A DNA stretch of 64,000 nt from Candidatus Kuenenbacteria bacterium (GTDB taxonomy: Bacteria; Patescibacteriota; Patescibacteriia; UBA11705; JABHMO01). This document shows positions 50,572 to 60,586 of this stretch, one piece after another (within the stretch, counting starts at the first letter, position 1; each line of letters starts with the position of its first letter). Position numbers and translations under genes: made by a program. The notes beneath the pieces were generated by a model. It saw only the letters and a program-made list of their open reading frames with translations. It searched no databases and was not told where the DNA came from. The stretch covers positions 72,566-136,565 of the forward strand of contig JABMRF010000007.1 in the NCBI GenBank assembly GCA_013202715.1. The letters run 5' to 3'.

Positions 50572-52281
50572 ATGAAGAACGGAGAAAAGACGCTGAATGG
50601 AATCGTTGGTCTGTACAAGGAGTTTGGTCCCGACCTTCCGGTCGTGACCATCCAGGGAGTGCAGGTTGTCCGTCTGCCCAGCACCGTGACGGTGCTGGCG
50701 GACATGAAGGACGAGACGGTCCTCCAGCCCCTCAACCAGGCGAGGATTTTCCACGCCACTGACAGGCAGGGACAGTTTTTCCTGCTCCTCACCGAGGATG
50801 GCGCTGCCAAGATGGCATCGCTCATCGCAGAGGACCGGAACACCCGGGGTGAGGTTCTGACCGTGGCCGACGGCTACACCAAGTTCGTCACCTACACGGT
50901 GGCCATGGCAGCGGCAGCCGCCGCAGCCAAAGCCAAGAAGGCGGCAGCGGAAGCCAAGTCCCAGGCCAAGGCAGCAGCCACAGCCAAGCGGCTCGAGTCT
51001 TACAAGCTCATGGACCTGATCCGGTTCGGGCAGAGGGACTGCGTCCTCCTGCCCTCGGACGAGGTGGCGGAGATCCCGCTGCTAAAGGTCAAGCCCCTCC
51101 TGGGGACCATGGCTTCGTTCGTGAGGACCAAGCTGGAGGCAGTGGCCGAGCAGTACGAGGCCGACTACTCAACAGCTATCGCCGAGGCGCAGAAGGACAA
51201 GCCCTTCGCGCACGGCGGAGAGCTGGTCGACTGGGAGCGGGAGTTCCGTGCCCAGTGGGCTGACAAGAATGGCAAGTCCGCCCCGACGATGTGGGGTATG
51301 ACGGTTCTTCTCAGAAACTTCGACGATTACGGCGAGTTCGCCATGATCATCCGGTCGGATGACAAGGAGGCCATTCTGGGTCTCACCGGTTCGAGGTTGA
51401 TCTCTATGGGCGAGCCCATGCACTGGAGGCTCCGGAAGAAGTACTTCTTCGATCCGCGCGCAAAGGCGGCAGAAGAGGCGCGGAAGCTGGAGGCCAAGCT
51501 GGCTCGGGAAGCCAGGGCCAAGGAATCAGCGGAAAAGCTGCAGACCAAGGTCGAGGCCATGAAGGCCACCGGCAAGAACTTCCACACGTGTCAGGGCGAT
51601 ACCGTCTGGACACCTGTGGAATCCTTCGTGCGGATGTCCATGGACGATCTCGTCGTCTGCCCCGTCCTGGGGGAGATGAGCGAGGATGACGTCCTGGCCT
51701 GTATGGACGAGAAGTTCGTCGATGCGTACGAGTCCGCTCTGGACCAGGCGCAGAAGGCCGGCCCTCTCGGCGTGAAGGACTACTTCTCGTTCGAGGGGAA
51801 GTTCCGGAACGAGTATGCGAAGTCCAGCGGTGGTGCCACTCCCGGACTGGCGGACTTCGTCGTGGTGACGCGATACTTCCGTCGGGAAGGCGTGTGTTGC
51901 GCGGTCGTTCACAGGGACGATCTCGCGGCATTCAAGGCCATCGCGGGCAAGGGGACGAACCCCAACACCCGGGAGACCTACGAAGTTCCTCTTCGGGATC
52001 ACAGTGATCCCTTCTGGTGGATGCTCCGAAAGGAGCACTTCTTCGATCCCCTTTCCCAGCGAAAGGATCAGGAGAGGCAGGCAGAAGAAGAGGTCGTCGC
52101 GGTCCGGAAAGAACAGACGTTCGACCAGATGGGTGATCTCATCGGCGCTGAGCGACTGAAGGAGATGCGCGCATCGTTGGCTTCGGCCGACGAGGTCATC
52201 GATGATCACAAGTCTGCCGGCCGGCAGAAGTGGGACCGCCGGAAGAACGGTGGCGGCAAGAACCGCGGCAAGCGCGGCTAG
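50572..52281 (+). CDS. GC-rich orphan protein with two internal repeats (cassette P)
   Basis: GGAGG SD; strong GC3 bias; two ~150-aa repeats ending W.LRK..FFDP; basic C-terminal tail; terminator 52317-52349. Confidence 0.8.
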   Translation: MKNGEKTLNGIVGLYKEFGPDLPVVTIQGVQVVRLPSTVTVLADMKDETVLQPLNQARIFHATDRQGQFFLLLTEDGAAKMASLIAEDRNTRGEVLTVADGYTKFVTYTVAMAAAAAAAKAKKAAAEAKSQAKAAATAKRLESYKLMDLIRFGQRDCVLLPSDEVAEIPLLKVKPLLGTMASFVRTKLEAVAEQYEADYSTAIAEAQKDKPFAHGGELVDWEREFRAQWADKNGKSAPTMWGMTVLLRNFDDYGEFAMIIRSDDKEAILGLTGSRLISMGEPMHWRLRKKYFFDPRAKAAEEARKLEAKLAREARAKESAEKLQTKVEAMKATGKNFHTCQGDTVWTPVESFVRMSMDDLVVCPVLGEMSEDDVLACMDEKFVDAYESALDQAQKAGPLGVKDYFSFEGKFRNEYAKSSGGATPGLADFVVVTRYFRREGVCCAVVHRDDLAAFKAIAGKGTNPNTRETYEVPLRDHSDPFWWMLRKEHFFDPLSQRKDQERQAEEEVVAVRKEQTFDQMGDLIGAERLKEMRASLASADEVIDDHKSAGRQKWDRRKNGGGKNRGKRG

Positions 52282-52360
52282 CTACCCAAACCTACCTAGG
52301 GACGTCCGTCCCAAAAGTCCCCCCCGCACTCGGGGGGGACATTTTTTTTGTCCGGATTTA

Positions 52361-52469
52361 AAAGGGGGCTCCATAGTTGCGGAGCACTGTGGAGTCCATA
52401 TAGGGATGTTTTAACGGTGATTTTGTGGAAGTTCTTTAAATTTTCCAACAGGACTATGGAGCCCCCTTT
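52361..52469. mobile_element. MITE-like element
   Basis: 17-bp perfect terminal inverted repeats aaagggggctccatagt / actatggagcccccttt enclosing 75 bp; no clean target duplication. Confidence 0.5.
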
Positions 52470-52611
52470 ACTTTGTGTTTTTTGCGATTTTGCCTGTTTC
52501 GCGCTTTTGCGTTTATAGCTTGACAACTTAGCAATTTATACCTATACTAAGAAAAAGGACATGTTCGTTAAATTTGAGCCCCATGTTGCTAATTTGACTA
52601 GAGGAGGCTTG

Positions 52612-53286
52612 ATGATAAGGGTAAGTAAATCAAACTTGGTTTCGCCAATAAGCGATGCGTTTTGGCCGGTGTTTTTCTCAAGTGAATTGATTGTTCGTTT
52701 CGTTGCTCAGGCAGTTTGTTTTGCCTTGTGCGATAAAAAGAAAAAACCACAATTGATTTTTGTTTATCCATATGAAGGGTCTTCGAGTCGACCGACCGCT
52801 GGTCAGCTTTTGCAAGTTTTTCAGAACTGCAAAGATCCTTGGCGAGAGTTTAGACCATTTGCTCTGCCGGTAAAAATGTCTGACCTTCTCGATCTGACCG
52901 GCGTGAATATTGAATGTGTCCAGGATGATTCGCGAGAAGTGGTTATTCTGTATGCGAACAAACAACCGAAGGATGAAATTGATTTCTCTGATTCGATGCT
53001 TGTTAGCGGGTATGCAAAGGCCGATCTTATTGATATGAGATCGTGGCCAGAAAACCCGGAAGAATATACGGTTCATTCTGCGGGATTTGAACCTGATGGA
53101 TGGAACTCTGAACATTACAGGCTTTTCGTAGAAAACTACGTTGTTCAAGGGGATCATATTTGCAGGATTCTCGCCTTAGCCAGAATTGGCTGTGAGGTTG
53201 AACTCTCCCCCACTGTGCGTATCAACGCCAGGTCCAAGATCATGATTAACCCTCCAATCAAAGACGAACATCGAATTGTTCACTAG
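52612..53286 (+). CDS. orphan hypothetical protein (cassette Q)
   Basis: TTGACA(52520)-17-TATACT; GAGGAGG SD; terminator 53297-53320. Confidence 0.65.
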   Translation: MIRVSKSNLVSPISDAFWPVFFSSELIVRFVAQAVCFALCDKKKKPQLIFVYPYEGSSSRPTAGQLLQVFQNCKDPWREFRPFALPVKMSDLLDLTGVNIECVQDDSREVVILYANKQPKDEIDFSDSMLVSGYAKADLIDMRSWPENPEEYTVHSAGFEPDGWNSEHYRLFVENYVVQGDHICRILALARIGCEVELSPTVRINARSKIMINPPIKDEHRIVH

Positions 53287-53336
53287 GAAATAAAAAGTCC
53301 CCCATCACTGGGGGCATTTTTCTTTTAAATATATAT

Positions 53337-54533
53337 CTATAAGTGTGCAATAATCTTTTTTGCGAATTCTTGACGGTGTGGATGAATGAATTGTAATATT
53401 TCATCTTTGCTCACCCACTTGATTTCCTCAACCTCTTCTGAATCTGAAAAGTCAATGTTTGAATCCTTACCTTGGAACTCCAACAGAAAGGCGGTTTGTT
53501 CTTGGCCTTTGAAACCTTTTAAAAGATTTTGATATTCAGCTGGATTGTCGTATCTGTGTTGTTCTGGGATTTTTTTTATTAATTTAAATAATTTTTCTGA
53601 CGCCCCAACCTCTTCGCTTGATTCTCGAACTACCGCTGTTTCTGGGGTTTCTTCTTGGTCAACTCCGCCTTGAGGAAATTGCCAATGATTTTTTCCAAAG
53701 CGTGGGTTTCTTATTATTAAAAATTTCCCTTCTTTGTTTTTAGTTACTCCAATGACATTTTGCCTGTATTCTGACTGAATTCTTTTTTTCCATTTGTGAC
53801 AAACAAGTAAGAAATCAGCTGTGGCGTTTTTGATTCGTTTCAATCGGCTTGGTTCCTGATAAAGTCGATAGGCCCATTCCAATCCCGAATCGCGAACAAG
53901 TTTTGGCGCTCGCTTGATTTTTTCTGTCAGAAAATCAATACTTCCACCTATTCCAATTGCGACTTTTACACCTGGAATTAGTTTTATATATTTGTTGATC
54001 CAAAACTCTTGTGCCGGCGCGCCCAAAGTTACAAATAGTATTTTTGGTCCAAAGGTATTGATAGAATTTAAAACTTCATCACAATTGTCTGGGTTTTTTA
54101 TGTCGATCTGGCTGATTTGGAAGTTTAGTTTTGGATATTTTTCCTTGAATAGTTTTTTTATGTCAGCTTCAGTGGACAGGGAGTCGTTTCTTAGAACGAT
54201 GAAGACTTTAGTTTCTGTATCTTTATATTTTTCCAAAATTTCTTTTGTTAAGTCTGAGCCTGCCACCCTGTTCTCGAGAGTTTCACCCAGAATCTTGGCG
54301 CCAAGTTTCAAACCGATCCCGTCAGGGATGTTTATATCGGCTCGATTCAAAACGTGTCGGTACTCATCATCTTTTTCCGCTTTTAGGCAGATTTCTGGAT
54401 TTGGAGTATATATTTTGTGCTGGTCATTGGAATTTAAAAATTGGTCAATTTTTTGTAATACAAAATCCATTGGCTGGTCGGTGATTTGAACGCCGAGGAT
54501 AATTGATTTGTTTTGGAACTCGGGAGGACGCAT
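53337..54533 (-). CDS. WecB/TagA/CpsF glycosyltransferase fused to RppH-like NUDIX hydrolase
   Basis: TPNPE, PDGIG, RVAGSDL, LGAPAQE, GLEWAYRL...EP; then YRQNV...WQFPQGGVDQEETPETAVVRESSEEVG...KGQEQ. Confidence 0.88.
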   Translation of the reverse strand: MRPPEFQNKSIILGVQITDQPMDFVLQKIDQFLNSNDQHKIYTPNPEICLKAEKDDEYRHVLNRADINIPDGIGLKLGAKILGETLENRVAGSDLTKEILEKYKDTETKVFIVLRNDSLSTEADIKKLFKEKYPKLNFQISQIDIKNPDNCDEVLNSINTFGPKILFVTLGAPAQEFWINKYIKLIPGVKVAIGIGGSIDFLTEKIKRAPKLVRDSGLEWAYRLYQEPSRLKRIKNATADFLLVCHKWKKRIQSEYRQNVIGVTKNKEGKFLIIRNPRFGKNHWQFPQGGVDQEETPETAVVRESSEEVGASEKLFKLIKKIPEQHRYDNPAEYQNLLKGFKGQEQTAFLLEFQGKDSNIDFSDSEEVEEIKWVSKDEILQFIHPHRQEFAKKIIAHL

Positions 54534-54545
54534 ATAGAAAAATAA

Positions 54546-54642
54546 TTTCTACCCCACTTTCTGCGATCGCCGTAATTTTATATGAAGGCGATAGTGGGCT
54601 CACTAATGCTACCAGTTGAGCTGACTAGAAGTCAGGCGGAAA
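54546..54642 (-). repeat. four-way-junction structured element, copy 2
   Basis: Homologous to 23183-23247 with an extended third hairpin; overlaps the thpR stop codon. Confidence 0.75.
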
Positions 54643-55170
54643 TTTTTTTAAAATTGAATAAATTGGGCCGGCTGGGGTAAGGTCGCTCTTTATAAGTTCA
54701 ATGGATTTCACCGTAAAGGAGAGTGCCTCAGTTTCCACTTGGTATCGAAGTTTGGCGCTGGCAGTTTTGATTCGTCCTAAAGTGATATGTGGCAAGAACG
54801 GACGATTGTCCACCTCAAGACCATTTTTTTGAAAAATATCTTTTACCGCTTCATGAATTTTTTTAAGTTTTTTTTCTGGGTCTAATATCTTAATTTTAAT
54901 TACCCGAGGTTTTTCTTTATTTGGGAATGATCCCGGCCTCTCAAGCGTCAAAATTAAATTCTCCGGAACACTAATGGATTCTAGATCTGTCTTTATCTTG
55001 TTTAGGGCTGCCTCTTTAATATTTTCAATAAAACCCAGAGTCAAGTGCAGATTCTCTGGCTCGACCCACTTGATGTTGACCCTCTGGTTTTCTTTGTCAA
55101 TTTTAAAAATAAGATCTTCGAGGTAATCCTGGACTTCTTTCGGTAAATTTATAGCTAGAAATGCTCGCAT
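54625..55170 (-). CDS. thpR: RNA 2',3'-cyclic phosphodiesterase (2H family)
   Basis: MRAFLAI, two HxT motifs (HLTL, HITL), SDLTPAGPIY. Confidence 0.9.
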   Translation of the reverse strand: MRAFLAINLPKEVQDYLEDLIFKIDKENQRVNIKWVEPENLHLTLGFIENIKEAALNKIKTDLESISVPENLILTLERPGSFPNKEKPRVIKIKILDPEKKLKKIHEAVKDIFQKNGLEVDNRPFLPHITLGRIKTASAKLRYQVETEALSFTVKSIELIKSDLTPAGPIYSILKKFPPDF

Positions 55171-55293
55171 AATGTGATTGAATAATAGCATATTATCTGG
55201 TAAAATGGAAGTGAAGATAAGTTGTCCCGCGCGGCGGGATCCCGCTACGCGGGATAAGTTGTAGAGTTGTAAATAGCAATTTGGAAATAAAAT

Positions 55294-56172
55294 ATGAAAG
55301 AAGCACTACTTTATACAAAGGAATCAAATAGGATCGTTCACTGCCTTTGCTGTGAGCATCATTGTGTTATTCGGAATGGTGCCGTGGGTGTTTGTAATGT
55401 TCGGAAAAATGAGGATGGTAAACTGTACAGTTTAGTTTACGGAAAAATAATTGCTCAGCATGTGGATCCGATTGAAAAAAAGCCACTCTATCATTTTCTA
55501 AAAGGTTCACTCACCTATTCGATCGCCACAGTTGGTTGTAATTTCAAATGTAAGCATTGTCAAAATGCGGACATTGCGCAGTTCAGGGAGCACGTTGGTG
55601 AGGAGGACTGGATTCCCGGCGCTCTATTAAAGCCTGTTGATATTGTCCGATTTGCCGGGGAAAATAACTGCGAGAGCATTGCCTATACTTATACAGAGCC
55701 AACGATATTTGTCCAGTTTGCGCTCGAAACAATGAAGCTGGCGCGCCAAGCTGGATTGAAAAATGTTTGGGTGTCAAACGGATACTTTTCAAATGATACT
55801 TTTGAATTGATAAAATATTATTTGGATGCGATTAATATTGATCTTAAGTTTTTCAATGACCTGACTTACAAACAGATTTGCGGGGCGAAGTTGGAGCCGG
55901 TTTTGCGAAGCATCCGCTCGTGTGTTGCAAATAATATTCACACTGAAGTTACAACTCTTGTGATTCCTGGGATGAACGACAGCAATACTGAGCTTCATCG
56001 GATTGCAGATTTTCTGTACAATGTTGACCCGGAAATTGTTTGGCATTTGTCCGCATTTTACCCTGCGAGTGAAATGAAGGATGTTTCCCCTACTTCGATC
56101 GGAACTCTGAACCGAGCCTTGAAAATTGGCTTAGCCGCAGGCCTGAAAAACGTGTATTTAGGGAATGTTTAG
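55294..56172 (+). CDS. amrS: AmmeMemoRadiSam system radical SAM enzyme
   Basis: DPIEKKPLYHF, CNFKCKHCQN (CxxxCxxC), AYTYTEP. Confidence 0.9.
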   Translation: MKEALLYTKESNRIVHCLCCEHHCVIRNGAVGVCNVRKNEDGKLYSLVYGKIIAQHVDPIEKKPLYHFLKGSLTYSIATVGCNFKCKHCQNADIAQFREHVGEEDWIPGALLKPVDIVRFAGENNCESIAYTYTEPTIFVQFALETMKLARQAGLKNVWVSNGYFSNDTFELIKYYLDAINIDLKFFNDLTYKQICGAKLEPVLRSIRSCVANNIHTEVTTLVIPGMNDSNTELHRIADFLYNVDPEIVWHLSAFYPASEMKDVSPTSIGTLNRALKIGLAAGLKNVYLGNV

Positions 56173-56263
56173 TTTGTAGGTAAAATGTAAAAGTTAAAAG
56201 TATGGACCCTGGAATGGGTTTTTAAAAATACTTGACAAATTTCTAATTTCTTATATACTGGGG

Positions 56264-56290
56264 TTGGCACTCTCTACTTCCGACTGCCAA
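56264..56290 (+). promoter_or_regulatory. CIRCE operator (HrcA) downstream of a sigma70 promoter
   Basis: TTGGCACTC-N9-GACTGCCAA versus consensus TTAGCACTC-N9-GAGTGCTAA; promoter TTGACA(56232)...TATACT directly upstream; precedes clpB. Confidence 0.85.
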
Positions 56291-56332
56291 TATTACTATC
56301 AACTTTTACATAATAACTTTTACCTAATTTCT

Positions 56333-58954
56333 ATGGATATCAGAAAATTCACTACAAATTCACAACAAGCTCTTCAATCAGCGCAAGCGCTTGCTTTTGA
56401 GTACAAGCATTCACAAATTGATACAATTCATTTGCTTTGTGCACTACTTGAACAAGATGAAAGTATTGTTTTGACCGTATTAAAAAAACTGGAACTTCCT
56501 GTCGAGCAAATGATTCAGCAGGTCAAATCTATTTTGCATAAATTTCCAAAGGGCCGAACTCCTAGCGCTGCTGGCGGTCAAGTTGCCGTGACTCCGCCAA
56601 TGAATTATGTTTTGGTTAATTCGGAAAAAGAATCCAAGAAGCTGGGCGATGAATTTGTAAGTACAGAACATTTATTGCTGTCACTTTTGAAAGTTGACTC
56701 CCCTGCTTCTGAACTTCTGAAAATGTTTAATGTTGATTATGATACAGTTTTGAAAATTCTCTCTGATGTGCGCGGTGATGAAAAAGTTGACTCCCCTGAC
56801 CCAGAAAACAAAAGGGATGTTTTGGATAAGTTTACCATGAACTTGACTCAGGAAGCGCGGGAAGAAAAATTAGATCCAATTATCGGGCGAGACGACGAAG
56901 TTCGACGAATTTTACAAGTACTTTCTCGAAGAACAAAAAACAATCCAGTTTTAATTGGAGAACCTGGCGTTGGAAAAACTGCAATCGCCGAAGGATTGGC
57001 TCAGCGTATTGTTTCCGGCGATGTTCCGGAAAATCTTAAGAACAAGGAAGTTTTAAGTTTGGATATTGGCTCTCTTGTGGCCGGATCAAAATTTCGTGGT
57101 GAATTTGAAGAAAGAATGAAGGCTGTCTTGAAAGAAATTCAAAAGAACAAAGACAAATACATCATATTTATAGATGAATTGCATACAATTGTTGGAGCAG
57201 GCTCAATCGAAGGCTCACTGGACGCTTCAAATATGCTCAAGCCAGCGCTTGCTCGTGGAAATTTGAGATGTGTTGGCGCTACAACATTAAAAGAATATCA
57301 AAAATATATCGAAAAAGACGCCGCACTGGAGCGAAGATTTCAGCCCGTGATGGTATTGGAGCCTGATTTGGATGATACAATTGCAATCCTTCGTGGAATC
57401 AAGGAAAAATATGAAGTCCACCATGGTGTGCGCATTACAGATGATGCAGTTGTGGCAGCAGCAAAACTTTCTCAGAAATATATTACCGACCGATTTTTGC
57501 CTGACAAAGCTATTGACCTTGTTGACGAAGCAACATCAGCTCTTCGAATTGAGCTGAACAGTATGCCGATCGAGCTGGATCAATTGAAACGTAAGATTAT
57601 GAAATTGGAAATTGAAAAGCAAGCCATTGCCAGAGAAAAAACTGACACAGCAAAGGCAAAGCTGAGTGGCATCGACAAAGAATTAGAGGAACACAAGGAA
57701 AAAGCAAATCAACTCGAAATTCATTGGAAAAAGGAAAAAGAATTGATTGAGCAAATTCAATCTGCAAAAAAAGATATTGATAAATTAAAACAAGAAGCGG
57801 AAATTTTGGAAAGAAAAGCCGAATATGACCGAGTCGCGGAAATCCGTTACGGAACAATCCCTGAACTTGAGAAAAAGATCAAAAGTCTTCAAGCTCGTTT
57901 TCGAAAAGTGCAGTCAGGTCCTGGTGGTCGGAAAATTTTAAAAGAAGAAGTAACTGAAGAAGATATTGCTAGCGTAGTCTCAATGTGGACAGGCATTCCT
58001 GTTACAAAGATGCTACAAAGCGAAATAGAAAAATTGGCGCATGCGGAAGACGAGCTTGCCACTCGAGTAATTGGTCAGAAAAAATCAATTGCCTCGGTTG
58101 CCAATGCACTTCGTCGTTCCCGGGCTGGATTGTCAGAAGAAAATCGACCAATTGGTTCATTCCTCTTCCTCGGTCCGACCGGAGTTGGTAAGACTGAGCT
58201 GGCAAAATCGCTTGCTGAGTTTATGTTCAATAGTGAAGAAGCAATTATTCGCGTCGATATGTCTGAATACATGGAAAAGCATTCAGTTTCAAAGCTGATT
58301 GGATCTCCTCCAGGATACATTGGTCACGATGAAGGTGGGCAGTTAACTGAACGCGTTCGTCGGCGTCCTTATTCAGTAATCTTGTTCGATGAAATCGAAA
58401 AAGCTCATCCAGAAGTTTTCAATTCTCTATTGCAAATCTTGGACGACGGCAGGCTGACTGATTCAAAGGGCCGAACCGTTAATTTCAAAAATACAATTAT
58501 CATCATGACATCAAATATCGGCTCAGATACAATTCTGGATGCGATTAATAAATCTGATCTTGGCTTTGGAAATCAGGAAGCAAGTCAAAAAGAATCAATT
58601 GACAAAAAAATCCTTGGTCGCCTAAAAGAGCATTTCCGTCCTGAGTTTCTAAATCGAATTGATGAGATTATGATTTTTGATGCTTTGAATAAAAAAGAAC
58701 TGCGAAAAATTGTTGACCTTCAGCTGGAAATTGTTGGTAAACGTTTGGAAGAAAAAGAAATTCAGATCAAATTTAGCTCAGAAGTTAAAGATATGTTGGC
58801 GGAAAAGGGCTATGATCCACAGTTTGGAGCTCGGCCACTAAAACGATTGATTCAAACGATGATTCTCGATGAGCTTGCTTTGCAGATTATCGAAGGAAAG
58901 ACTAAGAGTAAAGTTAGCGTTGAGCTTTCGAAAGGAAAAGTAGTCTTTAGGTAA
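56333..58954 (+). CDS. clpB: ATP-dependent chaperone ClpB
   Basis: Two AAA+ modules ([16 protein letters not shown]), long middle coiled coil with AEIRYG. Confidence 0.95.
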   Translation: MDIRKFTTNSQQALQSAQALAFEYKHSQIDTIHLLCALLEQDESIVLTVLKKLELPVEQMIQQVKSILHKFPKGRTPSAAGGQVAVTPPMNYVLVNSEKESKKLGDEFVSTEHLLLSLLKVDSPASELLKMFNVDYDTVLKILSDVRGDEKVDSPDPENKRDVLDKFTMNLTQEAREEKLDPIIGRDDEVRRILQVLSRRTKNNPVLIGEPGVGKTAIAEGLAQRIVSGDVPENLKNKEVLSLDIGSLVAGSKFRGEFEERMKAVLKEIQKNKDKYIIFIDELHTIVGAGSIEGSLDASNMLKPALARGNLRCVGATTLKEYQKYIEKDAALERRFQPVMVLEPDLDDTIAILRGIKEKYEVHHGVRITDDAVVAAAKLSQKYITDRFLPDKAIDLVDEATSALRIELNSMPIELDQLKRKIMKLEIEKQAIAREKTDTAKAKLSGIDKELEEHKEKANQLEIHWKKEKELIEQIQSAKKDIDKLKQEAEILERKAEYDRVAEIRYGTIPELEKKIKSLQARFRKVQSGPGGRKILKEEVTEEDIASVVSMWTGIPVTKMLQSEIEKLAHAEDELATRVIGQKKSIASVANALRRSRAGLSEENRPIGSFLFLGPTGVGKTELAKSLAEFMFNSEEAIIRVDMSEYMEKHSVSKLIGSPPGYIGHDEGGQLTERVRRRPYSVILFDEIEKAHPEVFNSLLQILDDGRLTDSKGRTVNFKNTIIIMTSNIGSDTILDAINKSDLGFGNQEASQKESIDKKILGRLKEHFRPEFLNRIDEIMIFDALNKKELRKIVDLQLEIVGKRLEEKEIQIKFSSEVKDMLAEKGYDPQFGARPLKRLIQTMILDELALQIIEGKTKSKVSVELSKGKVVFR

Positions 58955-59065
58955 AATGTAAAATGTAAAAGTTAAAAGTATATAACAAAGGAGCTTGGAA
59001 AAAGCTCTTTTGTATTTGAATTAACGAGTCTTGCTAAAATTCCTCTTTTCCATTATAATTACAGT

Positions 59066-60436
59066 ATGCGAAATACAAAAAAGATCGTAATTTTTACTTT
59101 AATTTTAGGTTTGATTTTTCCTTTTCAAACCGTTTTTGCGGTTGATTTTAACAATGGCTATATAATTTCAGATCAGGATTTAGTGAATTCAAGTGCCATG
59201 ACTTTGGGCGAAATTCAGAATTTTTTAGATAGACGAAACGGGACACTTGATACTTATACAGCAATCGATGATGATGGAGAAATAATAACAGCAGCGGAAA
59301 TTATTTTTAATGCATCTGTTGAGCATGTTATCAATCCAAAGTTTTTGTTGGTCATGTTGCAAAAAGAACAAAGCCTGGTTGAAGATTCTTCACCAACTCA
59401 AAAACAGTATGATTGGGCAATGGGTTATGGAATTTGTGACAGTTGTGATATGGATGACCCGAGTCTTTTGAAATTCAAGGGGTTTGCAAATCAAGTTGAT
59501 AATACTGCCGGAGCAAACCGTTGGTACATTGATACCGAAGAAAACTGGATCAAACGTCCCGGCAATACATATGAAATTGATGGTGAGCAGGTCAATATTA
59601 TGAATCAAGCCACCGCCAATCTATATAACTTCACTCCTCATATTCACGGAAATTATAATTTTTGGAAAATCTGGAATCGCTGGTTCAATCAAAGTTATCC
59701 GGACGGATCATTGTTGCAAGGCGAAGGAGAACAAGGTGTTTGGTTGATAGACAATGGAATGCGCCGTCCTTTTCATTCGAAAAGTGCACTGGTTTCACGT
59801 TATGATCTAGATAATATTATTATTGTCAGCAAAAATGAAATAGATAAATATGAAATCGGTCGGGCGATTAAATTTGCAAATTATTCCCTTTTACAAATCC
59901 CAACTGAAGATGTTTATTTATTAGTAAATGACGAGCTTCGCAAGTTCGAATCAAAAGAAGTTCTGCGCACACTTGGATTTAATCCGGAAGAATATGAGCA
60001 GCTCAGCCTTGTAGACTTTGAGGAGTATGAACTTGGTGAACAGATCACAATGACAAGCGCGTACCCTGCTGGCGGATTGCTTCAGGATAATACTACTGGA
60101 GGAGTTTTCTTTGTTCAGGATGGACATAAATACGCGATTATTACCAAAGACATTTTTGAAATAAATTATCCAAACTACACCTTGACTTCAGTCACACCGG
60201 AAGAGTTGAGTAAATTTCCACGTTGGGGTGAAGTTCGACTGAAAAACGGAATTATTGTAAAGTCAGTTGAGTCACCTATTGTCTACGTTATTTCAAATGA
60301 AAAAAAGCGTCCTATTGTCTCTGCTGATGTTTACGAGCGACTTGGCTATAAATGGGAAAACATTAAAGTTGTAAGTGAGAAAAGTTTGTCGAACATGCCA
60401 CTGGGCAGTGCGGTGGATCTGGACTTTAAGAAATAA
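59066..60436 (+). CDS. secreted protein, putative cell-wall hydrolase domain plus C-terminal repeats
   Basis: Signal peptide; INPKFLLVMLQKEQSL...ATANLYNFTPH domain; four repeats of the DGSLLQ...VWLI.NG.RRPF type. Confidence 0.7.
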   Translation: MRNTKKIVIFTLILGLIFPFQTVFAVDFNNGYIISDQDLVNSSAMTLGEIQNFLDRRNGTLDTYTAIDDDGEIITAAEIIFNASVEHVINPKFLLVMLQKEQSLVEDSSPTQKQYDWAMGYGICDSCDMDDPSLLKFKGFANQVDNTAGANRWYIDTEENWIKRPGNTYEIDGEQVNIMNQATANLYNFTPHIHGNYNFWKIWNRWFNQSYPDGSLLQGEGEQGVWLIDNGMRRPFHSKSALVSRYDLDNIIIVSKNEIDKYEIGRAIKFANYSLLQIPTEDVYLLVNDELRKFESKEVLRTLGFNPEEYEQLSLVDFEEYELGEQITMTSAYPAGGLLQDNTTGGVFFVQDGHKYAIITKDIFEINYPNYTLTSVTPEELSKFPRWGEVRLKNGIIVKSVESPIVYVISNEKKRPIVSADVYERLGYKWENIKVVSEKSLSNMPLGSAVDLDFKK

Positions 60437-60586
60437 ATATAACGCGAATGTCACTAATTTTAACGCGAATATCGCGAATCGCGAATGTTGCGAATAATAA
60501 TATTCGTGTTATTCGCGATTTGCCGTTCGGCCACGAGCTCACGGCCGAGTGGCGTCATTCGCATATGTTCATATTCGTGTAAATCT

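Noticed and set aside
51169-52209. Long antisense ORFs (e.g. 227 aa, 175 aa) over cassette P
   Set aside because: Expected shadow ORFs of a GC3-rich gene; no SD, promoter or recognisable motifs
23183-54642. 31-kb inversion between the two four-way elements (would explain the reciprocal outer stems)
   Set aside because: The present orientation keeps greA/HD/lysS together and preserves the + strand majority; not supportable without relatives or long reads
56264-56332. N-terminal extensions given by the ORF track (clpB, amrB, serS, atpF and others)
   Set aside because: They run through promoters, CIRCE or repeat spacers; homologous sequence begins at downstream ATGs
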